From: Takakia lepidozioides
Lineage: Eukaryota > Plantae > Bryophyta
Length of the DNA: 64,000 bases
Reading direction: 5' to 3'
Assembly (NCBI GenBank): GCA_030704615.1
Contig: CM060731.1
Coordinates: 52,514,001-52,578,000 of the forward strand
In this document: positions 45,836 to 59,150 of the stretch, piece after piece
Position numbering within the stretch: position 1 is the first letter of the stretch
How the letters are laid out: each line of letters opens with the position of its first letter
Notes under the pieces: generated by a model
Told to the model about the DNA's origin: nothing
What the model saw: the letters and a program-made list of their open reading frames with translations, nothing else
Database searches by the model: none
Translations under genes and position numbers: made by a program

Positions 45836-48800
45836 TGGGAGTGGATACAACCATGGAAGGCTAACAAGAAATGCAAGGCCAAGCTACTAGGAGACCAACA
45901 CACGAGATCCTGACTCAAGTTCACAGATTGTAAGACGGCAACTATCGATGGGGTTGCTCTTGTACCCGGCCTCTTGGTCTATAGAGTTTGAGTACAATAG
46001 GGACAGTGATAGAGGACTTAGTACGGCTGTGGCTATTACATCTTGTAGCTATCTGGAGTTAGAGGGACCTAACCACCAGCTAGGGGGGCGATTGTGGTAT
46101 AGCTTTCTAGGATTATGTGCTTAGATTGTGTGGTGGACAGCGATGTATGTTGTGGCACGATGCTTAGGTGCAGGACAGCTGTCATGGTTTTAGTCATGGT
46201 TATCTAGAATTACCTACTTCTAGTTAACTAGGACATTTTAGATATTTATATTTATATTTTGTGTGTTGGGACTTCATTTGGTCTCACATGCCAAGTGAGG
46301 TGTTGAGCCTCACTTGAGACATGGAGATAGGTTTTCCCCTTGTGAGTGTTGAGGAGGCTCATCTTCTTGTAGTTGAGCCTCCATGAGCTTCTCTCACCTC
46401 CATAGCTCTAGGTATTGAGAGGGAGTGTGTTGAGGGCTTTGTAGGGTGGATTCCTTTAGCAAAGGTGCCATTGGCTTGACTTAGTTTATGTGATAGAGTG
46501 GATTTCACTTGGAAGGACTAGGGCTTGTTCTTCATGTGATTGCTTCATGCTTTGAGAGCTTTCATTGTCTTCTACTTCTCTCATTTCTCATCTCTTATCA
46601 TTGTGGTATAGCTTTCTAGGATTGTGTGCTTAGATTGTGTGGTGGACAGTGATGTATGTTGTGGCACGATGCTTAGGTGCACGACATCTATACCAGATGA
46701 GTCACCAGAGAATGAGGAATTACCTCTGTAGGGGTTGTGACACTGACATCCTATCTATAATTTTTCCATCCATGCCAGATGAAAAATACCAAGATTTGAA
46801 TTCGTTTTATTCCTCCTTTATGCCTTTTTTTCCGTATTGGATGAGGCTTTCTCTTAAGAGATGACGAATTACCTGTTAGGATGAGAAATCGCTGCCCTGG
46901 ATGATGTATACTACTTTTTCATCCTGCTGATGGACCTCATCCAAATAAATGAACCTATTTATTTTTTCATCTGAACCGGATGAAAAAAACAGCTTATGAT
47001 GGCCATGGATAATTTTTTAATTGCCCTTAATTATTGCTAATTAAGGAGTGAAACCCTAACTCCTACCCTATAATCTATTGTTTAAACCTAGCTAACGGAT
47101 GACATCCGTCGGGTTTTCGAGATAAAGGGTATTGATTTTTCGTCCTCCGGATGAAAAATCAGGCTCTGCCCTAGGGTGTTTCTCCCGCTGTCAGCTGCAC
47201 TCCTCGTGCTGCTGAGCTCGCGAGTTATGGCGCCTGAGCTCTGCTGCTACCCTGTCTGCTACTTCAAGCCGGACGAGCTCCTGGGGATGCGCAATGGCGG
47301 CGTCTTGTCTCTTCTCACAGGCGGGAGAACCCGTTGTGATGGCATCGTCCCTTTCCCTCCTCTGGCTTTTATGTTTCGCAGCGGCGCTTGGGTGGGGACG
47401 TATATCGCTCTCTCTCCCTTCTTAAACCTAGCATTTGTATGTTTCGCTTCTCCTTAGCTGTGCTGGAGGTGGCGTGTTGGTGGCGATGGCGCAGAGTTAC
47501 CTTCCCCAATAGCTCAAGGTGCTTTTGGTGATTAGGGTTCCTTTTACTTTATATCTTTCTCTCTTGTTTTTGGGGTTCTTAGTTGACATCGATAACAAGT
47601 GTAGGGGTCTGTGATTCACCTGGGGTTCCACAATCCTCACTAACCCATTGGTTTTTGTGGGGGCTTATGATGGGACCAGGTGAGGATCCCTGCTTTGAAT
47701 TTTCTTGAGCTTGCAGATAAGGATGTGTGCAAAAGGAACGTACTGCTGTTGCCTGCAGCCCTGATTTTGGCCCGCTTGCTCCCGGTTTGACATGATGATG
47801 CTTGCTTTTGACTTATCTTTTGCTGCTGCTGATGGAGCATTTCGGCCTAGCAGCCTTGTCTCCTGCAACACAGCATGTGAATCCTACCCTGTCTTGAATC
47901 TTTGACAGCTTTGCCTGTGGATTTTTAGACTAGGTACTTTTTTTTGCCTTAAAATAGGATTGATGGTGTAAGGGTAAAGTCATCAGTGGCTGTTAGGCTC
48001 TAAGGATGAGGAGATCTGGTTTTTGTAAATGAAGACAGACTGATAAGACAATGACAGGCTGTTTGTTGTGGAATGGAGCATAATGAGGCTCTATTTGCAA
48101 AACATGGCAGTAGCCTTCTGTGAAACAGTGAAACAGTGATGGTAAGCTCTAAAGGACTCTGGCCAGTGATTAGTTACCTTATTTTGCCATATGAACAGCC
48201 ACCTCCATTGTATGATTTATCTTGGTTGGTCTTGGGCACTCAAATTGTATGTGTGTCCATATCTGGATGCTGTAACAGGGCAGGCCTTTCTTCCATGCCA
48301 AAATGCCTTACATGATGCATATCTTGGGGCAACTGTACATGATGTAGAATGAAGTCGCGGTCAGTCTTGTCATGCCCAAAGTGATCACTTGGTTGCATGT
48401 TTGGAGTCTGATTTACTGCAGGCTGGGCCAGCAAGAGTCCTATGTACACAGGTCCTGAATATGTACAATGACAGGCTGTTCCTACCTACCCAGAAGGCCT
48501 TGCATGATGCACGCTTTGGGATGCTTACATTTGGCCAAATGTAAAGCTGCAATATAGCTTGCCATGCCCAAGAAGTTTACTTGGTGGCATGCCCGAAGAG
48601 TAATTAATTGCAGGATGGTCCTTCCAGTTGCTTATGTGAACATTCCCTGAATGTGTTGTAGGGCAGGCTGTTCTTACCTACCTTGCATAATGTTTGTCTT
48701 GGATCACCTCAAGGTACTTGTGTATACATATCTTGGATCTGTAATGTGGCAAGAAGTTCTTATATGCCCATGATATCTTGCATGGTGCATATCTTATGGA

Positions 48801-49134
48801 TAACTATGGATGATATAATCTGAGGCTGCAATCTGACTTATATTGTGCAACTTGGGTACATGACAGGAATCTAATTATGAACATACCCCGCCCTCCCGCC
48901 CTCCCACCCTGTTTTATCATGACTGAATGGGTGACGTCACTTGGTGTGCTATGACAAGACTGGAAATGTTAGATGGTGCCCTATCATGGGCTGTTTATGT
49001 CTTTAATTGACAATGACCCTAGTTGGTCTTGTCCATGTCTTCACATGACATGAATATCTTCCTTCTCTCTTATTAACTTTTTCTACCCCCTCTTTACCTC
49101 TGTGGTTTTTTTTTTTTTGTGAGCAACACAAAAG

Positions 49135-52100
49135 AGATGGAAGATATACATGTCATGTCAAGACATGGACAAGACCGTTAAGGTCATTATCATTGAAAGA
49201 CAAAACAGCCCTTTACAGGGCACCATCTAACATTCCCTTTCATGTTTACAATCTCATTTGAATACCCCATTACATTTCAGGGTCTCTGAAAAAATAGGGT
49301 GGGAGGATGGGATTCCAGGTCAATCATATCATGAAAGCACCATAGTTTGCACCATCATTTCAAAAACTCATTTCAAACTCATTTCAAAAACCAGATTGTA
49401 GGTTTGGGGATATTTCCCAGAATCAAGCTCATAGCACTTCAAGTTGAAATAGCCAGCCATTCATGCCTTAAGTATTTGCAAGTAGACACAACACCTTAGC
49501 AAAACAAGTTGTGAAAACCAGATTGCAGGTCTTGGGACAGTCCCCAAGACTCATGCTAAAAAACAATTCAAGTTGAGTTTGAAACAGTCAAACAAATATG
49601 CCTTAAGCATTTGCTGGTTTACATCATGTTTCCTCTTGCCCTATTGGCATGGTTCAAGACATGGTATATATCATGAGGCTGCATGCCAACATCCAGGTTT
49701 TGAACAAGTCTTCTCCCTAGAGGCTATTGTTGGCCTGAAGGTGACGTTTCAGTGTCGTGTCACAAGCAGGAATCATAAAACAGAAGCAAGGCAAATTATC
49801 CCAAATTTGCCTGCTATTAGCCCTCAAATTCAGACTGCTATGAGAGCCTTAATGAGTGTGTGTGTTCCCTAAACAAGGCGTACCTGTTTGACACAACAGA
49901 GTCAAGCTGAGAGGTTTCATTCCAAAGCTAGTTTGGTGATGTATCAATGCCAAACCACAAGCAGTAAACATGAAACCTATGCAAGGTTGAGTGTTCCAAA
50001 ACAGATCTAGGTCTTGAGTGGTATTCCAGAACCTCCAAAGATCTCAGTTAACAAAGAAACTCAGAAGAACCCTGCCTGCAGCCAGGCCTTTAAATTGAGA
50101 GTCTTTTATGGGCCAAGGCAAACAAAATCCAGGTCTTGAGCATTTCACTTCCCTTAGAAACAGTACTGGTTTGAAGTTGATGTTTCAGAACCAAGATACA
50201 AGCAAAATTCTTAAAAAGGAAGAAGAAACAACAGGGCTGAGCCCCATTAAGCAGGTATAGGCCTGGAATGGTATTTTAAGGCCTCATAAAATAGCTCTGC
50301 CAAGGTAAAAGAGCAGCTCAGAAACCCCTGTTTGTTATCAAGCCATAAAACCAAAATGATATGAGGGCCTTGAAGAATGTGTGTTATCTATCAAAGCCTA
50401 TCATTTTGATCCATCAAAGTCATACCAAGAAGTTTCATTTCAGAGCCAAGTATCAAAGCAGTCAGAGTAATAACTGCTATTTTGTACCCTTGTACCCTTC
50501 ATAGCTTAACTCCTACACATGCAAATGTGGTTGTAAAAAACCAGAAACAGGGGTAAGGAGAGAAGCAGATCCTCATTGGAGCCATCTTGGAGCAGGTCTG
50601 AAGCGGCATGGTGGCAGTTTGAAACAGCAAATGGCATTAGCAGCTTAGGCAGTAGCAGTATCCACATTTGCAAGAACAGGAGCTGCAAGCTTCAAGAAAT
50701 CAAGACAAGTGAAGACCCTCACCTGTGCCCGTCCCAAAAACCACCACATAGCGATGTGTGTTAGTGAGGATGCAGCAGGTGAGTGGCAGGTCTTCACAGT
50801 TGCTATCCATGTCAGTGTTGAATTCTAAAGCATGTACAGATCACAATTCAAGCAAGGGTAAACTCAAAAAAACCTTGAGTGTTTGTGGTATGCCCTGCGC
50901 CATGGCGTCCAACAGATCGTCTCCAACAGAACGCAATCAAAGTAGAAGCGTTCACAGATAGAGAATGGCTCATACAAAAAGAGAGCAACATGTAATCTGT
51001 AGATAAATAGGGATAGAGTACTTCCCAACGAGGAGTAAAAGCGCCGCTGCAAAATAAAGAACCATGATTTTCTGAGCAAAGCGATCATCGCTTTGTCGTC
51101 TGCCAGAGATGAATCTGCCTAACTGCCAATGCGCATCCCAAGAGCCAGCCATCACGAGTACCATGTAGCAGCAGGGGAGCAGGTTTACACGGCGCATCAT
51201 CAAGGTTCACTGAAGCACGAGTTCAGTGCTGTGAAATGTGTCGGCCTGCTTAGGGCACAACTTCCCGATTTCTCATCCAGGGTGGATGAAAAATCACATT
51301 TTATCAAGAGAAACACTTTTGTCAATGGATGACATCCAATAAAAAGGTATCTTTTAGGGTTATGGTATAGGCTTAGGTTTAATAACTGTCATCATTTATG
51401 ATGGTAGTTTTATTATCTCTTGGATTTTAAAATAGGTAACCATTATTCATGTAGTTCATCCAGTTTAGATGAAAGAAATAGATGGTAAACCAAGCTTTCT
51501 GTACATTAAGTTTCATCATCCTATAATAATATCATCCAGATTTGGATGAAAAAGGTTGGGATGAAAAACTAAATAACCTCAAAAGGTTAAGGCCAGATGA
51601 AATCCAAAGAGTTATAGAGGGAGAGGGAGAGAGGGAGAGAGAGGGATAGAGAGAGGGAGTGAGAGGAAGAGATCAGGAAACAAAAAGAAAAAGAGGAAGG
51701 TGGGGGGGGGGGGGGGGGGTTGACTGAGCAGCAGCTGCTCAGTCACTCCCCCCCCCCCCCAACCTTTTTGTTTGTTCTTTATTGCCCTCTGTCTCCCTCC
51801 TCGGAATTGGCCGGTTGTATCAGTGTTTTTTTTCCTGTTTTTCCATCTATACCGGATGGACTCTAAACAGTGATTTCACCCGCCCTATAACGATTTTTTA
51901 TCCATACTGGATGAATTACCTGGGTGGACACTAAATTACCTCTAAACTGGGTCTATGATTTTTTCATTCCTCTTTTATTGACTTTCATCCATACTAGATG
52001 AGTCACCAGAGAATGAGGAATTACCTCTGTAGGGGTTGACACTGGCATCCTATATATAAATTTTTCCATCCATACCGGATGAAAAATACCAGGATATTAA

Positions 52101-54070
52101 TTCGTTTATTCCTCTTTTATGGCTTTTTTCCGTACTGGATGAGGCATTTTTTTGGCGATGTTGAATTACCTGTTAGGATGTGAAACCGTTGCCTATGTAC
52201 CGTTTTTCCATCCTACTAACGAACCTTCTCCAACTGGATGAACTTATTGACTTTTTCATCTGAACCGGATGAAATATGCAGCCTATGATGGCCTTGGACT
52301 GTTGTTTAATTACCCTTAATTATGGCTAATTAAGGAGTGACCTAGCAAGGATGCTTGTATGCTTCATTTCTCCTCAGCTGTGCTGGAGGTGGCTTGCTGG
52401 TGGCGATGGTGCACAGTTATCTTCCCCAATCGCTCAAGGTACTTTTGGTGATTAGGGTTCCTTTTACTTTATGTCTTTCTCTCTTGCTTTTGAGGTTCTT
52501 AGTTGACATCGATGACAAGTGTAGGGGTCTGTGATTCACTTGGGGTTCCACAATCCTCACTAACCTGTTGGTTTTTGTGGGGGCTTGTGATGGGACCAGG
52601 CAAGGATCCCTACTTGCTTTGAATTCTCTTGAGCTTGCAGATAAGGATGTGGGCAAAGGGAACCTACTGTGTATGGCGTCCTGACTTGGCTGCTGCCTGC
52701 CGCCCCGATTTCGGCCCGCTTGCTCTTGGTTTGGCATGCTGATGCTTACTTTTGACTTATGTATTGTTGCCTTTGATGGAGCACTTCAGCTTGGCAGGCT
52801 TGTCTCTTGAAGCCCAGCATCTGGACCTTACCTTGTCTTGAATCTTTGAAAGCATTGCCCGTGGATTTTTAAACTAGGTACTGTTTTGGCCTTAAAAGAG
52901 GAGTTATGGTTTATGGGTAAAGGCATCAATGGCTATTAGGTTCTAAGGATGAGACCCTGTTTTTAAAGATGGCAGCCTGATAAGGCAATGACAGGCCTCT
53001 TTCAGGCCTGGATTTGGTGTGGAATGGAACATAGTGAGGTTTTATTTGCAAAATCTGGCATGAGCCTCTTGGAAAACAATGGTGGTAAGCTCTACTGGAC
53101 CTTTGCCAGTGATTATTTGCCTTATTTTACCATCAGACCAGCCACCTGCAATGTATGATTTATTACTTTTTGGCCAAGTGGGCTTGGTCTCGGGCACTCA
53201 ATTAAGTGTGTGTGTCCATATCTTGAAGCAGTAACATGACAGACCTTTCTTCCATACCAAAATGCCTTACATGATGCATGTCTTGGGGCAATTATACATG
53301 GTGTAGAATGAAGTTGCAGTCTGTCTCATCATGCCCAAGTGGGTCACTTGGTTGCTTATTTGGAGTCTGATAAACTGTAGGCTGGTCCATCAAGATGCTT
53401 GTGTATACATGTCTTGAATCTGTACTATGGCAGGCTGTTCTTACCTACCCAAGAGGCCTTACATGATGCATGCCTTGGGGTATTTACAAATGGCAAAGAG
53501 TGAAGCTGCAATATGTTTTGTCATGCCCAAGAAGTTTACTTGGTTGCATGCCTGAAAGCTGTTTAATTGCAGGCTGGTCCTTCATGGTACTTGAATGAAC
53601 ATATCCTGAATCTATAGTAGGCCGACAGGCTGTTCTTACCTACCCAAGGAGCCTTGTATGATGCATGTGTTGGGGTACCTACAAATGGCAAAGAGCGAAG
53701 CTGCAATATGTTTTGTCATGCCCAAGAAGATTACTTGGTTGCATGTTTGAATTTGGTAAATTGCAGGCTGGTCCTTCAAGGTGCTTATATGTACATACCC
53801 TGAATCTGCAGTAGGGCAGGTTGTTCTTACCTACCCATGGAGCCTTGCATGGTGCATGTCTTGGGCTATTTACAGGAATTTGAACATGAATAGACCCCGC
53901 CCTCCCACCCTATTTTATCATGATTGAATGGGTGTTGTCACTTGGTCTGATATGACAAGACTGGAAGTGTTACATGGTGCCTTGTCATGGGCTGTTTATG
54001 TCTTTAATTGACAATGACCCTAATGGGTCTTGTCCATGTCTTGACATGACATGAATATCTTCCCTCTCTC
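49135..54070. mobile_element. Second foldback/TIR-like unit of the same family as 32570-37350
   Basis: Terminal motif at about 49150-49230 is inverted at about 53965-54055; right arm homologous to 46690-49070 and 35900-37350. Confidence 0.45.
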
Positions 54071-54089
54071 TTTTTAACTTTTTCTGCAG

Positions 54090-54790
54090 AGGGGTCAACT
54101 CTGAGGTTAAGAAAACCATGCTTTGTCGCATTATTAGACCTGCCTTGGAGTACGGATCTGCAATATGGGTTGATAAATCTGACTTAGAGGGTGTAGTGTC
54201 CAAAGCCATGTCTGTTGCCATGAGATTGTATGATGAAAATGAAGTTAGGCAGAAAACTTCCCTGAACTTGTTTCCAGTCAGTGACATGGGGGAGGACATC
54301 TTGGATGACCTCAAGGGTCTACCCACTCTCGGCACTAGACTGAAATTTAAACTCAGGGCATGAAGCCTACCTTTGAACAACAAACAGAAGCAGAGATGAA
54401 AAGGAGAGTGCAATTGCCCGTTGTGTGGGCAATATGAAGACAATACTCATTTTCTGATACACTGTCCGGGGTTCTCTCACCAAAGAGACGCTCTCTTCAA
54501 ATCTATCAAGGGAATTGTGCCTGTACCTGTGTTTACCAACTTTTAAAGTCTCAAGGCCTCTGAGCCAAAGCCCAAGCCCTCCTGAGGCCTAGTTATTGGG
54601 CAAATCACACACAGCAGATTGATGCTTGTGTGAAGGGATTTCTAGAGGATATCTGGAAAACCCGGATTAATTCTATATATGAAGATAATCTTACTACCAA
54701 CGTCAGTAGGTTCTGTCCCTTTTGTTTTTGCTCAAACTGGGCGCGGGGTCAATGGCCACAAGGCTACGGCAAACAACGTCTCATGAGTAC
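54090..54790 (+). mobile_element. LINE 3' fragment
   Basis: IIRPALEYGSAIW (non-LTR RT thumb motif) followed by CPLCGQYEDNTHFLIHCP. Confidence 0.6.
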
Positions 54791-55509
54791 AATCTTTTTA
54801 ACTTATTCTGCACCCTCTCTCATTTGTGGTCCGTTGTCCGTTTCTCATTCATGGAAGATGAAAAACACCGTGTGTTCATCCTGTCTTGAACTCGACGGAT
54901 GCAATCCATTTTTCATCTAGGTTAGATGAAAAACATCGAGGTTTTTTTTATTCATTTATACCTGTCATGTCCGGTATTTAGGTCCTGCCAGATGAAGTCT
55001 TTTTTTCATCCAGACCTTGGATTCAAAAATAATAATAATGACGGGAGTTTTGCAATTAGTATATAGTATATTCCGGGTTGATGTCCGGATGAAGCAAAAC
55101 CTCACATGTATTAATGAAGAAATGTCTCACTAGGGGAAAAAAGAATGTATTCTGGATGAAAAACATCTAAATTCCCTGCAACCCAATTTTTCAAAATTTT
55201 CAAGGATGGAAGTTAGGACAACAATTCCATAAGCCCAGTTTCCAGAAGGAGAGAGAGGGAGAGAGAGGGAGAGATCAGGAAACAAAAAAACAAAAAAAAT
55301 AAAAATTGGGGGGGGTGACTGAGCCCGTGGTGCTCAACAGTTGCTGCTGATGCTCAGTTACTCCCGCCCCCCCCCCCCCCCCACCTTTTCTTTTTTCTTT
55401 GTTGCCCCCTCTCGAGACCCCGAGCACTTGCTGCTCTCAGCCCCCGACATGCTTGGTTTTTTTTGTTTTGATCTGGAATGTAGAGGTTGTTTCCTAATGA
55501 GGCCAACTT

Positions 55510-56652
55510 GTGGGTTTGCATGACAAGTGCCAGCTTATGGGGAAAGAGAAGAAGTCCCTTGCCCCAAAGAAAGGGGCGGACAATCCGTTTGCTTTGCCGG
55601 CACGTGTGACGCGCCAGGGCGTCTCATGGTTAACCAGCCCCGTCGACAGCCACAGCCGGAGGGCTCGTCTGCCCCCCGAGGCCAGTACCCCCCTCTTGTC
55701 CACATCTTGGATGCGCCAGGGGCCAGCTCAGCCAGCTCTCTTATTCGGGAGGTTGTTGCTGAGCCGGATGCTTAGTTGAGCACACCCCCGGCCACCAAGA
55801 CGGGTGAAATGTACCTTGGCAAGCACATCACCCGTCCGGGGGCCCGATATGGGCAACTTTTGGATGTCACCCCCATACCAACCCCTTCCTCCGCAGCAAA
55901 GGCTACATTTGCCAAGGCCCAACGTCAGGTTCAAGGGCCTTTGAAAGCCTCCATTGCTAGCCCAATGTTGTCGATGAGGGAGGAGGAGACGAGGAGGGCC
56001 AATGAAGTGGCCGAGATAGCGAAGCGCCTCGAAGAAGTCAAGCCGGGTGAGGGCTTCTACCCTGCTATGCATTTGGGGGGGGGGGGGGGGGGGGGAAGGT
56101 ATGGGCCGGTTTGGAGCAGCCTAGCCGATCAGCGACATAGCCCCCCTGAGCCTGAGCGGTTAGCAAAGAAGGGCCTGGACTATGGGGCGCCGCCGCCGGG
56201 CCTCGGCTATGCTCCAGATCTGGAATCTACTTCCAGTGGCGCTTCGGGAGGGGATAGTGCGGGCACATCCGGCAACAGGGACTCCTGCCACATCGGGTGA
56301 AACCGGGGGCAAGTTGGACAAGCTTGCAAAGGTACAACTGTTGCACCTTGTTCCATGTTTTATCCTTTCCTTTGCATGCATGATTTTCTCTGTTGTTTGT
56401 TTCTTTTTTTGAATTTGGAGGGGTTATTTGTCTTCAGGAGGCAGCAACATGGCTGGCCTCATTGATGCAGTCTGGTGGGGTTGCCAATGAGGGAGAGCAC
56501 GTGGTGTTCATGAAGGACCCGAACACCAAAGGTAAGAAGAAGAGGCCTCGACCTCCCGAGATCCCTTTTACCATCAATGAAGGGCTGCCGAGGAGAGAGA
56601 GAGAAGGGAGAGGGAGAAGGAGAGAGAGGAAGTAGCGGGGAAGGGGAAGGAA

Positions 56653-56683
<31 letters not shown>

Positions 56684-57727
56684 CCCATGGAGAGGAAGGG
56701 GTGAGTGTGCATGCGGGGGAGGGCAGTGGGGTAACAAAGGAGCAGGGAAGGAGGCTACAAAGAAGGGAGAGGGTGGGAAGAAGAATATGGCCTTGGCGAT
56801 ACAGGACGTGGAATCGGCAAAGATTGTGGTGCCACCGGTGGAGGTGAATCGCCATGGTGACCCCTGCGGTGCGTTCTGGGAGGCTATGAAGAAGCCAGCC
56901 TTTGAACTCGCAATGAGGTGGTTCCTTTTGCACATCGAGTGGGCTGATCAGCACTTTGGCGCGAAGCGGGCGTATGCCCATGAGTTAGACCGCCGGTTTT
57001 CGGGCAATTGGAGTGACACAAGGGTGATGGAGATGGTGGGGTGAAACTTGAAGGACAGGAGGTACCGTGCAAGACAGATCATTCGGAGGGCAATGGAAAA
57101 GGGGGCCATACCCAAACCACCTTATGGAATTACACAGGTTGGCAAATCCTGAATCATTTCACCTTCCATTTGTCGCATGTACATTAATGAGGTGGATTCG
57201 ATGCAACGTATGTGTGTAATTCACTAATTGTTGGGGGCAGGTGCATAGATATCGTGGGATGCACTCATTGCAGGAGAGAATGATGCCTGACAAACACGAA
57301 TCCACACACAAGTGGGGCGCCGGTGAAGCCAAGGGTTTTATCTTGCGATTTGTAAGTCGTACTTCCCTATGGATTTTGTTATGTCTTCTTTCTGGCTCCA
57401 TCATCGCGAAGAACTGACTTTAATTTGTGGCATGTGTAGCAACACGCGTTTGAGAGGAAGCCATCTCCGATAGAGTACAACTACGCCAAGGAGCATGGTT
57501 GACAATCCCTCATGAAGAACATGGCCAACACGGAGGGGATGAGTGCACTACACGGCACTAGTATGGATAAGGTCGGGGGTCATGGCCAGGGATTGGATGA
57601 GAGCTCTGTGGGACTTAGGGGAACGCCGCCTCATTTAGGTGCTTTGGTAAAGGGCGCGGAGTCATCAGGCTCATCGGATAGCTCTGAGACCTCCACTGAG
57701 GATGAGGATGAGGATGAAGGTGACTAG
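55510..57727 (+). pseudogene. Spliced CACTA TnpA/Ptta-like gene, degenerate
   Basis: Exon-like blocks ..NLKDRRYRARQ..PKPP|..HKWGAGEAKGF..|..FERKPSPIEY resemble the Transposase_24 region; adjacent to a CACTA terminus. Confidence 0.45.
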
Positions 57728-57879
57728 TCCTAGTCCATGTAGGTCCCATGATCAGCCTACTAAACCCTTGTGAGCTTTTCAGCTCATTTCCTGTAAATAT
57801 ATTTCCATCTTTCCATCTTCCATCTTATTCATGTGTCGCACCGTCCTCACCCTCGATTCATGCTTGCTCAATTGTGTAC

Positions 57880-58713
57880 CTGCTAAATCAGAGAAATGGA
57901 AGTTGTAAGGTCTCCCATCCCCAAAAACAAAACCAGGCAAAAAATAAAAACCAGCCCCAATTCATCCCCAAAATCAACCCCCAACCCCCCCCCAACCAGG
58001 CTGGCCTCGCGACTACAGGACGTCGCAATTGGCGACTTGTTTTTTGGGCGGGGGTTGGAATCTGCAACGGTCGGGCGTCACAAATCCCATTTGTGGGCGG
58101 CAACGCCCGACACCCCCTACGACGTGTTTTTTTGGTCCGGGGGTCGCAAGCCGCGACGCCGATCCCGCCACCCAGCCTGCGCCACGTCTTTTATTTATTT
58201 ATTAAATATAAAGCAAGCGATGCCAGAGCGTTGCGAAAACCCATGCCCGGGCGTGGCGGAGCCCGACTCCTGCGCCTACTAATTGTTTTTTGTCATGCCC
58301 AATAGTCGCTTGCAGCGACGCACTGGCGTCGCTTGGCGTACCACCCGGCTTACGCCACGTGTTTTTGGGTTTTAGTATAGGACTCCCGGGCAGGTTAGGA
58401 AAAAAAAAGGATGCGACGCCGCGCCGTCGCCCCTACCAATGCCGTCGGCTGGAGGGCAGCGACGGCGAGACGTCGCTCGAAGGAGGCTCCTGCCAACGGC
58501 GCGGACTGCCCAAAAAGCGACGTTCGACAGTCGCGGGAGTTGGGGCGGGGGCTCACGACCCCCATACGTCGCATTTTTGCGACATCCTTTTGGTGACGCC
58601 CATGCGACTGCCGGGCGTCACAAGTTTGGCGCCTGCCCCGTGCCCAAAATGGGCGTTTTCCCAACGCGGCAGCGTGGCCCGGGCATCGTAAAGGTCCCCC
58701 TTTTCCTATAGTG
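57880..58713 (+). mobile_element. CACTA element right terminus with subterminal repeats
   Basis: ttttcctatagtg at 58701-58713 is the reverse complement of CACTATAGGAAAA; many gcgac/gtcgc repeats upstream. Confidence 0.65.
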
Positions 58714-58854
58714 ATAGCTACAAGAAACCTGCGTGGGTAGATGGTCAACTGGAAACAGTAGCGGCAACAACACAATTGAAAAAACTAGGCACTACTAATG
58801 AAGGCACCTTCTTTAACACATTTCAGCCTGTTTTTCCTATTATCAGAGTCGTCC

Positions 58855-59150
58855 CAGCAAGGCAAGGATGTATGCATTTTGTGCAGAGCATGGATAGCTG
58901 AAGAAGCAGGGATAGAGTTTGGGCCTGGAATGAATACGTTTCTGACCCCAGTGCTTGTGGTGTGCTTGTGCAAGCTTGGCAGCCCTGGAAAAGGGCAAAG
59001 AGGTCTATGGTGACATCATCAAAGCCGGAATTGTACTTGGTGGGCATGTATGCCAAATGTGGCAGCATTGAGGATGCAAAGGGAGTAGTTGACAATATGG
59101 CTGAACGAGGTATGGTGTCGTGGAGGGCAATGATCGTAGGATATGAAGCT
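58855..59150 (+). pseudogene. PLS-PPR fragment
   Basis: LEKGKEV..MYAKCGSIEDAKGVVDNMAERGMVSWRAMI; 58855-58920 is similar to 16062-16130. Confidence 0.75.

Larger units (their letters stand above)
37779..46686 (+). mobile_element. Ty3/Gypsy retrotransposon copy 2 (A-internal-B-A-B): gag-[PR region deleted]-RT-RH-INT-PHD
   Basis: TSD TCTA (37775-37778 / 46687-46690). A1 37779-38199, PPT about 46078-46091, B1 46093-46177, gc, A2 46180-46600, t, B2 46602-46686. An empty homologous site is visible near 51985. Confidence 0.93.

Noticed and set aside
37779-46686. DIRS/Ngaro tyrosine-recombinase element, suggested by the split repeats and methyltransferase
   Set aside because: It encodes an HHCC-DDE integrase, has a PPT and makes TSDs; no tyrosine recombinase is seen, and the MTase is C5-cytosine rather than the adenine type of DIRS.
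46180-46686. A+B read as a conventional 3' LTR or a separate solo LTR
   Set aside because: The PPT precedes B1 rather than A, the 5' end lacks B, the TSD pairs with 37775, and copy 0 repeats the same layout.
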